Assembly: GCA_002269645.1 (NCBI GenBank)
Contig: NIVC01001777.1
Span: forward strand, 29,429 to 93,428
Source of the DNA: Macrostomum lignano
Lineage: Eukaryota
Reading direction: 5' to 3'
DNA length: 64,000 bases
Below the pieces are notes generated by a model. The model was not told the origin of the DNA and searched no databases. It saw nothing but the letters and a program-made list of their open reading frames with translations. How positions within the stretch are numbered: position 1 is the first letter of the stretch; every line of letters begins with the position of its first letter. Of the stretch, positions 30,985 to 41,900 are shown one piece after another. The translations under genes were made by a program, and so were the position numbers.

Positions 30985-31482
30985 ATGAGCTGTCTGCATT
31001 CCTGTCCGTTTTGTTCGAAAGAATTCTCCCAATCGCGTGCATCTGCAGCGCTGTACCTGCGTCACGTGCAGTCTCACTCCGTGGACTGCGACTCGGAGCC
31101 TAAGTCAGTTCGACCCCTTTCCGGATGCAAGTCTTACGAGTGCCAGGTGTGCGGCAAGAAGTTCAAGGATCCAACTTCTGTACCCCGTCATTTAAGGCTG
31201 CACACAGGTAAAGAGTCTTTTCAGTGCCAGGTGTGCAGCAAGACGTTCAGTCGTGCAGATATTCTCTCTCGTCATGTAAGAGTGCACACCGGTGAAAAAC
31301 CTTACCCATGTCAGGTGTGCGGCAAGAAGTTCATTGATTTACATTCTCTCACCCGTCATATACGCCTGCACACAGGTGAAAGGCCTTTCGAATGCCAAGT
31401 GTGCGGCAAAAAGTTCCATCGTTCAGATAGTCTCTCTTATCATGTAAAACGGCACACAGATAAAAGGCCTTACCAATGTTAA
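30985..31482 (+). CDS. C2H2 zinc-finger paralog 3 (atypical N-terminal finger + 4 fingers)
   Basis: Same MSCLHSCPFCSK N-terminus; ends at a stop just after the first Cys of a fifth finger. Confidence 0.85.
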   Translation: MSCLHSCPFCSKEFSQSRASAALYLRHVQSHSVDCDSEPKSVRPLSGCKSYECQVCGKKFKDPTSVPRHLRLHTGKESFQCQVCSKTFSRADILSRHVRVHTGEKPYPCQVCGKKFIDLHSLTRHIRLHTGERPFECQVCGKKFHRSDSLSYHVKRHTDKRPYQC

Positions 31483-31994
31483 GGTGTGCAGCGAGAAGTT
31501 CACTACAATGGTAACTTAACAAATCAATTGAGCGTACACAAAGGCGAAAAGGGCTTGGTCAAAGCATAGTGTGCTTTGAGTAGTTCTTGAAAGATTCTTA
31601 ACTTGATACGAGATCAATGTCTGACTAATGCTACGGCTCTGTAGTTTCTACGTGCGAGCTCGTCTTATCTAAAGTAAATCATTTGCTATCACATCTTAGT
31701 AGGTAATACTGCGATGTAACAGTATGTACATAAAAGTTCTGATACTTTTTGTAAGCTTTCGTATAAATAGTAGTTCCTTTAGTAATCTGTATTATTATGT
31801 AATACAAATAATTGTGTAGTCTTCATGCTTCGAATTACGAGCGTATTTTGCTTTTACTATGAAGCTAATTTATTATTTTATTCCTCTGCATGTACAACTT
31901 TAAAGATTTATAAACAAATATACAAAGGCAGTCTACTGACTGTCAGTACTTTTTTGAAACAGTAGCTTGTCAAAGTTCTGTTTCACTATATCAA

Positions 31995-32635
31995 GATCAA
32001 GGACCCCCTGTCTTCCACTCCAGAGATTAGTGTGTCCTGGACTCCTGTCTTCTCACTCCAGAGATTAGTGTTTCCTGGACTCCTGTCTCCTCACTCCAGA
32101 GATTAGTGTGTCCTGGACTCCTGTCTCCTCACTCCAGAGATTAGTGTGTCTGGGACCCTCTGTCTCCCACTTTAGATGTTAGTGTGTCTAGGACCCCCTG
32201 TCTTCCACACCAGTTATCAGTGTGTCCTGGACTCTGTCTTCTCACTCCAGAGATTAGTGTGTCTGGGACCCCTGTCTCCCACTTTAGATGTTAGTGTGTC
32301 TAGGACCCCCTGTCATCCACTCCAGTTATCAGTGTGTCCTGGACTCTGTCTTCTCACTCCAGAGATTAGTGTGTCTGGGACCCCTGTCTCCCACTTTAGA
32401 TGTTAGTGTGTCTAGGACCCCCTGTCATCCACTCCAGTTATCAGTGTGTCCTGGACTCTGTCTTCTCACTCCAGAGATTAGTGTGTCTGGGACCCCTGTC
32501 TCCCACTTTAGATGTTAGTGTGTCTAGGACCCCCTGTCTTCCACTCCAGTTATCAGTGTGTCCTGGACTCCTGTCTTCTCATTCCAGAGATTAGTGTGTC
32601 TGGGACCCCCTGTCTTCCACTCCAGTTATCAGTGT
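31995..32635. repeat. Minisatellite related to 27570-29375, with a 112 bp higher-order repeat
   Basis: Near-identical blocks at 32176, 32288 and 32400. Confidence 0.9.
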
Positions 32636-32960
32636 GTGACACGTTAGCATTATATTTAGTGAATTTATTCTTGTGGAACAGAGTTTTTTGAAATATATAT
32701 TTTTGCAATGATGACCGATGGGCACTTATAAAGACTTTCTCTGTCTGCAGGCGTCTAAATATTTATTAATTGAAATTTCAGGAAAATAATTCCATGAAAC
32801 TTTAGCATAACAGTTGGCATTCTGATTGCTATAGTAGTTAGCTAACCTGGTTGCTATGATGCTCCAGTTGCTATGGTAGGTATATTATGAGCCAGTAAGT
32901 AGTATGTTATTTGCCTAAAAATAAATCTTAATTTTCCTCCCAAAATGCTTCAGCACCTAA

Positions 32961-33722
32961 ATGGAGCTTCCTCAAATAAATCTGAATTCCACAATCCCCG
33001 ACTCCTCTTCACCTGACGACGTTAAGCCCGCACAGATCGGAGATCAAAAACCAACAATTGTTAAGCTTGAAACTGAACAGCAATTGCTGCTAAATGAGGA
33101 TCAACAAATTAAGCCGGATCAACAGGATGCGGCTGGGGACTGTCTTGAACAGGCCCCAGCCGCAGCTGGTGACTCAGACCAGCCAGACAGTTCCAGAGTA
33201 TCTGGCAAATGCTTTCAATGCGACTTCTGCGGCAAGCGTTTGTCCCAGCGAAGTCACCTGATGGCTCACCTGAGCATTCACACCGGGGAGAAGCCGTTCC
33301 AATGCACCCAGTGCAACAAAACCTTCTCCCGGCCCGGCTACCTCCGCGTACACAGTCGAGCTGTGCACGACAATGAGCGGCGACATCTGTGCAGATTCTG
33401 CGGCAAAGCCTTCCCGGAGACGTCCAGCCTTGGCAGGCACCTGCGCACTCACACAGGTGAACGACCTTTTGAGTGCCGCCTGTGCGGCATGCGATTCACC
33501 CAATCTGGCAGCCTCACCGATCATCAACGGATGCACACGGGCGATAGGCCTTTTGCCTGCGAAATCTGCGGAGCTAGATTCAGTAGAGCATTTTCGCTGG
33601 CTAGTCACCAGAGAATACACAATGGCGACAAGCCGTTTAAGTGTATTGTGTGCGGTAAGGCTTTCTCTCAGTCGGGTCATCTGTACCGGCATCAGCGTTC
33701 TAATCATGGCAGTCCGTATTGA
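32961..33722 (+). CDS. C2H2 zinc-finger protein (6 fingers, acidic/Gln-rich N-terminus), sequence distinct from the paralog trio
   Basis: [25 protein letters not shown] linkers; single exon of 253 aa. Confidence 0.9.
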   Translation: MELPQINLNSTIPDSSSPDDVKPAQIGDQKPTIVKLETEQQLLLNEDQQIKPDQQDAAGDCLEQAPAAAGDSDQPDSSRVSGKCFQCDFCGKRLSQRSHLMAHLSIHTGEKPFQCTQCNKTFSRPGYLRVHSRAVHDNERRHLCRFCGKAFPETSSLGRHLRTHTGERPFECRLCGMRFTQSGSLTDHQRMHTGDRPFACEICGARFSRAFSLASHQRIHNGDKPFKCIVCGKAFSQSGHLYRHQRSNHGSPY

Positions 33723-35130
33723 TTTTTGCAGATTGCGCAGTTTGACAGCTTGGCATTTTGGCAATTCTAAAAATAGCATCATCTGTCATTTTTAGTATAG
33801 TGGACTAGCTCACTTGGCCCTCCTTGGGGGGTACGCTCGTAGTCTGGACGGACAGCAAGAATTTCAGCAAGAAATGGGTTTGAATCGGCTAAATTATTAA
33901 GCAGTACACAGAAACTTAGGGGGCATAACGGCATTTACTACTTCGGCACTAAAGGTACTAAAGTCACACTAAAAGTACTAAAGATAATAACTGACTCACG
34001 AAATCTCGAAGACTCAAATAAAACTTACACAGTTGTGCACCGATTTTTTGGATGTTTTGCAAGCTACCCCTAATTTCATTGCAATATTTAACTATTGTCC
34101 GTTAAAATTCTAACTAACGGGAGTGTAGTTTTTGCAGCTCTACTGAATACAGTAATTTGCAATAGTTTATTTATGCTTATCCATTTCCTGATCTGAGATT
34201 TTTAAACTGCACGTGACTCTGTTAGAATCTCTGAGCAGCAGTTATGAGATATGGTACAATTAGCAATACGTCATTTTTTATCATCGCTGAACTCGCACGC
34301 AAAACGCAGGTTGCCCTTAAATGAGCCGTTTTATATTTGAAAATGAAACGTAAACACTCAATGTTCATTGGGTCTATTTAAGCAGGTCTGACTTTAAGCA
34401 AATGTTACATTTTTGTTATATACTAAATTAGATAGTGAAATACAATATATAAAATATACATGTTGTCTGTCATTTTTAGCTTACTAATTTTTATATCAGC
34501 TGTTTATTAATGTACGAGTAATTACACGCTATATAGAAATCCCTAGTTAGATTTATGATTGTAAAACGAATCTAACATTTCACTTGTGTGCTAGTCTTTA
34601 TCCCACAGTATTAATGCTAATGCAATAAACGTATCTATTTGTTGTTTTTCTTATTATTCTACTTAAATTATTAGTAGTAAAAGTCTTTAATGGTCGGAAA
34701 TAAATATAATATAAACCTATAAGTATTTGATGTTTTTTACTTAAAAGTAAAACTACAAGCTAATAAAATGGTTTCACGCTGTCTGACGAAATATGAAAGA
34801 TTCCGTTCATTGCATAATCACTATTGTAAATTGTAAAGAAGATACTCGTATTTACAAAGATAACCATTCGATCTGGTTCTAGCTAAAACTATCGAATAAT
34901 ACAATAGTTCTCATCTCGGTAGTATACTTTTCACAAAACCTGTTTTAAAAGTTCTAAAAAGCAATTTTTTTAGTTAAGCAATGCTGGTCGCGGTTAGTCT
35001 GCAACTGAATTGAATAGGCTGCTTGATGAGGGTCGGGGGGGGGCGTGTGTAGCCAGGACTTTTTATTCGGAGGGCCGCTTATTATTATACGAACTCTTTA
35101 TACGAGCGTGCATGTAGTTTATGACGAGGG

Positions 35131-35388
35131 CAGGGGTCCGCAAACCCCGCCAGCCCTCGGGTCCTTTGAAACTTCACAATGGCAATCCGGCCCGCTCAAG
35201 GTTTGTCTCTTCTCAGCTCTCTTTTTCCGCTCTACTCTGCTCTCCTTTCCTTATACGAGCGTATCGATTTTATCTCGTCTCTCACCTACATGATCTTTCT
35301 TCTCTATTCTCCTTTCCTCTCTATCTAACCCGCAGCAATGATCTAGATTCCTTATCTGGCCCATAAGCTAAAAAAGTTTCCCGACCCT
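35131..35388. mobile_element. Possible degenerate hAT (Charlie-like) MITE
   Basis: CAGGGGTCCGCAAAC at the left end, AAAAAGTTTCCCGACCCTA at the right end, internal GGCCCGC; TIRs imperfect and no TSD. Confidence 0.35.
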
Positions 35389-36789
35389 AAACTAATGAAT
35401 ACGAGTACAATGACGGGACCACATGATTGGTAAAACTAAGGGTTTGAATTCCCTGGTAAGGAGCCATTGGCCCACTTTGGATGAAAAACAAAATGAAATA
35501 GAGCCAGTCCTGACTCTGTGCCTATATTTTAGGCAGCCATACAACACACGGACAAAGCACTGTGGCAGGTTTCTGAATATTGATCATTCTTCAGTTAACT
35601 GTCGATGCCAGAAGCCGCCATCTCAGGGCGTGATTAACTGCCAAATTATATATAACGTACATGTAGAAGTGCGAAATTCGATTCTAAATCATAAAGTGAC
35701 ACAGCTACACAGCTAGACGCGCTTTAGACGCAAATCAGTGATTCTACAGCAACTCTAGGGCCCCCGAGTTGCTGCAGAGTATAGCAGACAATAAAACGCC
35801 TCAAATTGACTTTTAGACGACTTATACCGTGACTACTCGTCGTTTTATAGTCGTCTAGAGTAAGTACAATTCTTTCCTATTTTACCTGCGAAAAATACAT
35901 GTACAGTACCTGCAACGACTCCGGGGTGACGCAAGTGACTCTGGGTCGCTTCTTGGCCTGGGCACCGCGTTTCCATTGGGCCGGCCAACTCCCGCCCCGA
36001 TCCACTCTTGCCCGGCGGTCCAGGAGCCGCATGGCACCGCCGCGTTAAATCCACCATGACGATGAAGAGCTGAGACTCTGTCTCTCTCCGAACTCTAAAA
36101 GAGGGCAAACAATTATCCCTTCAGCTTCTTCTCACGAATACTACTAGTTTTACATGTGCTCAAAACAATAAAACAAAATCCGACTCAACCTTTCAGATTT
36201 CAAATCTTCGATGCATACTAATATTTTACTAGAAGTAGGCAGAAAAGGTGATAAAAAAGTAAGAATAAAACAATTGAAATAATTTCCCTTGATCAGTCAA
36301 GGATTTCTGCAAAATAAGGATGATACATGAGTTAGAAATCTATATATACAGCAACCTCGGCTGATAAAACAAGCGGAGAGAAGAGTAGCAACAGACGCTA
36401 GCATGAGTGATGGGACACACGACCTGAGCCCATCCCATCATTTCAGTCGGACAGAACCGGATCGCAAAACCGATCGATGGCCCCCCTGGCAACGGGACGA
36501 AATTGAGCTGGCCGGGAGACGACTTTGACGGGGCTGGAGGGACTGAAAGTGCGGTGAGGGACAGCGATCTAGGAAGGGCGAGAGCGGCAACTATAACACA
36601 ACCGGTGCGTTGAAATCCTCACACCGCCACCCCTGCGTGGCCAAAGCAGATCTCCATAGCAATCAGTTAATTTAGTGCGTACCGTTGTAAAGGTCATTCC
36701 CTCCCGACTCAAAAGAGAAAGGGGGGTTTTAGAACAGTGCGGAAGCTGCAACCGCGCCGCTCTTCTCGGATCCGGGATTTAGTCCGGGA

Positions 36790-37070
36790 GTGCAGGGGTC
36801 TGGCGTGGCGCTCTGATGTGCCAGCGGCCCAGGCTCGATTCCAAGTGCAGTCACATTAAGTGTGGGCTAAATTGGAATCTCGGCTTGGCTCTGCTCGTGC
36901 AATAACGGCTTTGAGCGCCAACCCCCAGGGCACAGTGAAGTGTACATGCCTAACGATAAATAAAGTTAGGGCCGCTGTGCACTCCTGTGTGAGTGGTGCC
37001 TGTGCGTATGACTGCGTAGTACGTATCCGCGCGCTTGTGTGCCTGCTCAGGGGAGTCGGCGGAATGTGCC
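36790..37070 (+). mobile_element. tRNA-derived SINE-like element, family A
   Basis: GGTCTGGCGTGGCGCTCTGATGTGCCAGCGGCCCAGGCTCGATTCC shared with the copies at 4651 and 37790-38000. Confidence 0.65.
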
Positions 37071-37081
37071 GTAATGCCTAG

Positions 37082-37741
37082 TAGGGGTGTTCCAGATGGC
37101 AATTTTTCGGGGTTTGGGGTTAACCCTGAGCCCGGTGCCCCTACTCCGAACCCCGAACCCCGAACCGAAAATTTTTTCAAACCCCGAAAGCCGCGGTACC
37201 AAAACCCGACCCTAACCTTTTGACACTGAATTGGTCCATCATTTTAATGAACAAGTACGCTGCTGAGTGAAAATACAGTGATTTATATATATTTTACTCT
37301 AATTGCAAACATTTTTGGCGCGGACGTAAGCTCAAAAATAATTGAAAAATTGTTTATAAGTGCAAATAATGGCACAATGGCCCTTCAGGAAGTTTAAATG
37401 GAAAAAACATATGTTGGCCTTAGGTACGAGCTCCTTTCCTTATCTCACATTTAATGAAAACTTTTAGAATTTTAGCCAATTCAAGTCATACCCCGGCGGG
37501 CAGACAAAAAAATGCACTGCAAACCAATGAAAAATACACCTTTAACTTAATTTGCTTTTCCTATTCAATGCGATGCACTCATACACTTTCCAGAGAAATA
37601 AATCAGTAACAGTCAAAAGGAAAGAAAATTGGGCAAAACTCGAAAACCCCGAAAAAAACGCCGGCCAAACCCGACCGGAACCCCGAAACCGGTACCCCTA
37701 CCCCGAACTCCGAACCCCGACCCGAACCCCGAACACCCCTA
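37082..37741. mobile_element. hAT (Ac-like) non-autonomous element/MITE, 660 bp
   Basis: Perfect 11 bp TIR TAGGGGTGTTC...GAACACCCCTA; flanks ATGCCTAG / ATGCCTCT (6 of 8 match, 8 bp TSD-like); subterminal CCGAACCCCGAA repeats at both ends. Confidence 0.75.
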
Positions 37742-37789
37742 ATGCCTCTTGCCGGTTGTGCGATAATGTTGCTTAAAGTGCGCCAGGGT

Positions 37790-38000
37790 GCACCCAAGTT
37801 TATTTATCGTTAGGCATGTACACTCCACTGTGCATTGGAGGTTGGTCCTCAAAGACGTTAATTGCACGAGCAGAGCCAAGCCGAAATTCAAATTAACCCC
37901 AAATGAGTGTGACTGCACTTGGAATCGAGCCTGGGTCGCTGGTACATCAGAGCGGCGCGCGCCAGACCACTGGCTTCTGATAGACCCACGCACAGCAGTA
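37790..38000 (-). mobile_element. tRNA-derived SINE-like element, family A, inverted copy
   Basis: Reverse complement aligns with 36790-36970, including the B-box GGCTCGATTCC. Confidence 0.65.
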
Positions 38001-38631
38001 CAGCTAGAAACATATTGAGGGATAGCTATTAGAAAGAGGCTATTGGGACTCAACGCAAACATTATAATAAGGGTGAGCATCTCTGCTATAGGTAGGGTGG
38101 CAGTTGCTAGCTTTAAGAATGCAAATTTCATCAATTTCATTCTCTATGTTTTAGTATCCAATTAAACTGTTACCCTTTACACGATAAGGCTAAAAGATAA
38201 TCGATTGACGGGGGTGGGCAAAACGCAATCCCAAAACTCACTTCGTCTCCCGTATCATCCTATAAATATGCTTTCAAAAGAATGTTTCATAATCCTACAT
38301 GCAGCAAGACGTTTTTTATTGATAGTGGTGGCTTTTTGTTAGAAAAACTGTGAGCTTCAAGTTTTTTATTGGGTTAGTATAAGCGGCAGTGTAGACAAAG
38401 TTGTTCGTTTTACTATTGATTGCTATACTAATCAGTGTGAGTACGGCTCAAGGAAAAGGCATAATAGTACAAAAGTCTAAGAAAGCTGATCCTATAGTTA
38501 CGACTACAAGCGGCTTTCCATTTTGGAAAGATTGAAAATTTAACCATCTGAAAATGTGTGCACGAAATACCTTAGAATAAGGATATTAATGCACAGATCT
38601 AATAAAATATATAATGGTAGAATAAGGGGTA

Positions 38632-38915
38632 TGTTCTGGAGGTTCATTTTTTGTCATATTTTTGGGGGTTTACTTATTTAATTGTACATGTATTTTCTCT
38701 TTATTTAATGTACACGAGCCAACCCCCCTCAATTTGCTAACCCCACCCCACGTTAAATAATAATTAAAAAGGGCGTGATTTTTGGTCAGCGTGTTTTTTG
38801 CTAACTGGGTTGTTTTGTTTGCCTGCGCGAGAACGCAGAGGTATTGAAGGCTACAAACATCCGATTTTTGCCTACTTAGTTATTTTTCGGTTTCGAAGAG
38901 TTAGTCGATTTAACA
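38632..38915 (+). repeat. 5' LTR of BEL/Pao element 1
   Basis: TGTTCTGGAGG...GATTTAACA, 284 bp. Confidence 0.95.
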
Positions 38916-38917
38916 AC

Positions 38918-38935
38918 TGGTAGCAGAGCGTGGTT
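38918..38935 (+). promoter_or_regulatory. Primer-binding site, complementary to the 3' end of initiator tRNA-Met
   Basis: TGGTAGCAGAGCGTGGTT, 2 nt after the LTR; matches ...CTCTGCTA-CCA of metazoan tRNA-iMet (from memory). Confidence 0.75.
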
Positions 38936-38940
38936 GAAAA

Positions 38941-41900
38941 ATGCAAAAGGACGGAGAAGAATTCGAGTCGAACTACCCGCCGGCTGACGAGGAAGAACGC
39001 AAGCTGATGGACGCGAAGGCCGCCAAGACGAGGGCCAAGGCCGCATTCACCAAAGGAAGAAACCGGCTGGTGCAACAACTCGCTGCTGGTGGTCAAGACG
39101 GCGCCGAAGTACAACAGCAAGCGACTCAGTTGAAGAAGCTGGCTGATCTGGTGGATGTAGCGGTTATCAATCTGATGGAGGCGGGTCGTGAAGCTGAACT
39201 AGACAGCAATGGATTGCTTCATCTTCGCGTGCAAAAGAAATTGCCGACTGACACCCTGGCACGATACCACCGATGGGTCGGGGAGAATGGCAGAAATGAC
39301 ACGCTCAGCGCTCTTCATCAATGGCTGCTGCGGGAGGCTGAGTATCAGACGGTTGCTATGGAGGCAGTGCATGGAGTTGCGGCACAGAATGGGCCAGGAG
39401 CAGGGAAGATGGAGCAAAGTAAGAAATTCAGCGGGAGACAGCTCGAACGCATTTTGGCGCTGTCGCGGAGTCAACGAGAGCCGATGAGCAGCGCAAGAAA
39501 AACTGCCGTGTCTGTGAAGGAAGCCATGGCGCCTGGGAGTGCCCGAAGTTTGCGGAGATGAATGTAGTGAAGCGATGGGCCGTTGCTCGTGAGAAGAAGC
39601 TGTGCTTTCATTGTCTCGGCGTCAATCACTCTGGTTTAGCTTGTCGGCGGTCTAGAACCTGTGGCGTAGATGGTTGCCAGGGAAAACACCATCGAATGCT
39701 TCACCAGAAGCGGGAGCCGAAACCAGCAGCTGCAGTGACGAGAGGCGGCGAAGGAGAGGCACGAAAACCCGCGGAGGACATATCAGCGGCGACGAAGAAG
39801 GAGCGCACTATGCTGGCTGAAGTCGTAAAGGAAACTGCGTTGAGGACGGTGCCGGTGATATTGGTGGCTGGTGAGCGCCAAGTTCGGATCAACGCGTTGC
39901 TTGATGATGCGAGTACGCGCACGTACCTCAATGCGGACGTAGCAGCAGAGCTGGGACTGGAAGGTAAACTTCAGCGCATAAACGTTAAGGTGCTCAACGG
40001 AGGAGTCGAGTCGTTTGAAACAGCGCCTGTAGAAGTGACAGTCCGGAGTGTCGATGCAGCGTTTGAGACAAAAATTGTTGCTTTCACAGCGGAGAAAGTA
40101 ACCGGCGGAATGAAGGCAGTTGATTGGAGTCAACTGGCGGAGCACTGGGCGCATCTGAGAGGCATTCCGTTTGAGTCAACATCAAGCCGGAAAACGGTTG
40201 ACATGCTTATCGGTGTCGACAATGCTGAGATGCATCTGGCTTGCAAAGAAGTCTGTGGAATTCCAGGGGAACCAATAGCTCGACTGACTCCTATTGGATG
40301 GACCTGCATCGGGCAGTTAGGTTCGGATGAGGGAAGCAGCAAGAGCGGGGAATCGTTCCTCTGCCACGAGTGTCAAGATCAGGTCGACAGTCAGGTTCGA
40401 AGGTTGTGGGCGATCGAGGAAGTTCCTGATGTAGCTGAGCTGAACCGCGAAAGTGGGACGTTAACTGCGGATGAGCAGCGTGCTGTGGCGGTAGTCAAGG
40501 AGTCGATGTCGATGGTGGAAGGAAGATATCAGGTAGCCATTCCATGGAAGTCTCAAAATCGTGCTCTGCCGAGCAATCGTGAAGCTGCGGAACGCAGACT
40601 GATCAGCACGGAGAAGCGACTGCAGAGGAGTGAAGGATTGCCAAAAGCGTATCAGGAGGTGTTGGAAGGTCAGTTGGAAAAAGTTTATCTCAAGAAGGTC
40701 GAAGACAGCAGTGAGCTTCAAAACACCGAATGGTACCTGCCGCATTTTCCGGTAATCAGAGAAGACAAGGACACCACCAAGGTCCGTATCGTGTTTGACG
40801 CTTCCGCGCGCTGCCAAGGAGTGAGTCTCAATGACGTCATCCTTCCAGGACCGAAGCTTCAGAACGACCTATTTCAAGTGCTCCTTCGATTCCGTCGCGG
40901 TCCAGTGGCAATCGTTTGCGACATTGAAGAGATGTACCTCAGAATTCGCCTCAAGCCAGAAGATCGGCGCTACTTTCGATTTTTGTGGCGAGACAGGAAC
41001 GAAACGGGCAAACCTGAGGTATTCGAGTTTCAGAGTGTCGTTTTTGGAGTTAATTGTTCGCCGTTTCTTGCTCAGTTCGTGTCGCAGGAGCATGCTAGGA
41101 GTCATCAGGAAACTTTTCCAAGAGCGTCAGAAACCATTCTGAAGTCGACCTACATGGACGACAGTTTGGACTCAGTGAACAGCGTCCATGAAGCTATCCA
41201 GTTGCGCCGCGAACTGACAGCTCTGTGGGAAAAAGCCGGCATGCGTGCGAGAAAATGGATGTCGAACGCGTCTGAGGTGTTGGAGACAGTAGCTCCGGAG
41301 GATCGAGCGGTGAAAGCGCAGCACTTGCTTCGTGGAGAAATGGCGACGTCGAAGGCGTTGGGAGTGACTTGGACAGCCAATGATGATATGCTCGCGATCA
41401 CGGGAAATGCAGGTGCGAAGGAAGTGTCCGTTGAGTCGAAACGACAGCTGCTCAAGCGCGTTGCGATGGTGTTCGACCCATGCGGGTTTCTGAGTCCATT
41501 TACAATTCGCGGGCGAATTCTTCTGCAGGAGATTTGGCAGAATGGAGCGGATTGGGATGAGCCCTTGGATCAGCAAGTTGCCGCGAAGGCTACGCAATGG
41601 GCAGCGGAGATTGAAGAGTTGAGCATGCTGAAAATTCCACGATGTCTATGGCCTGATCCTACCAAAAAGGCAGTGCTACACGTCTTTGTGGATGCATCTC
41701 AGGTGGCTTACGGCGCGGTAATCTATCTCAGGAGCGCCACAAGCCTGGACGAAATCTGTGTTCGTCTTGTAGCCGCAAAAGCACGTGTAGCTCCATTGGC
41801 AGCATGCAGCATCCCCAGACTCGAGCTCATGGCGGCGGTGCTTGGCGTGCGACTCGCCCAGACGGTGGCAGATGCGCTCGATTTAGACCTGAGAGAGTCG

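Noticed and set aside
34007-34018. CGAAGACTCAA, an 11-nt match to the SL core
   Set aside because: About what chance gives for some 11-mer of a 45-nt query over both strands of 64 kb; the flanks do not match
35400-36780. Short ORFs and a 9-bp hairpin (35747-35774), possibly TE remnants
   Set aside because: No identifiable motif or termini; would need a repeat-library search
38880-38915. Weak SL resemblance (CGAAGA) at the end of the element 1 LTR
   Set aside because: Only 6 nt match; cannot be told from chance
39415-39435. Programmed -1 ribosomal frameshift between Gag and Pol of element 1
   Set aside because: No X-XXY-YYZ slippery heptamer; the shift falls inside Gag, before the zinc knuckles; BEL/Pao normally has one ORF; best explained as one missing A
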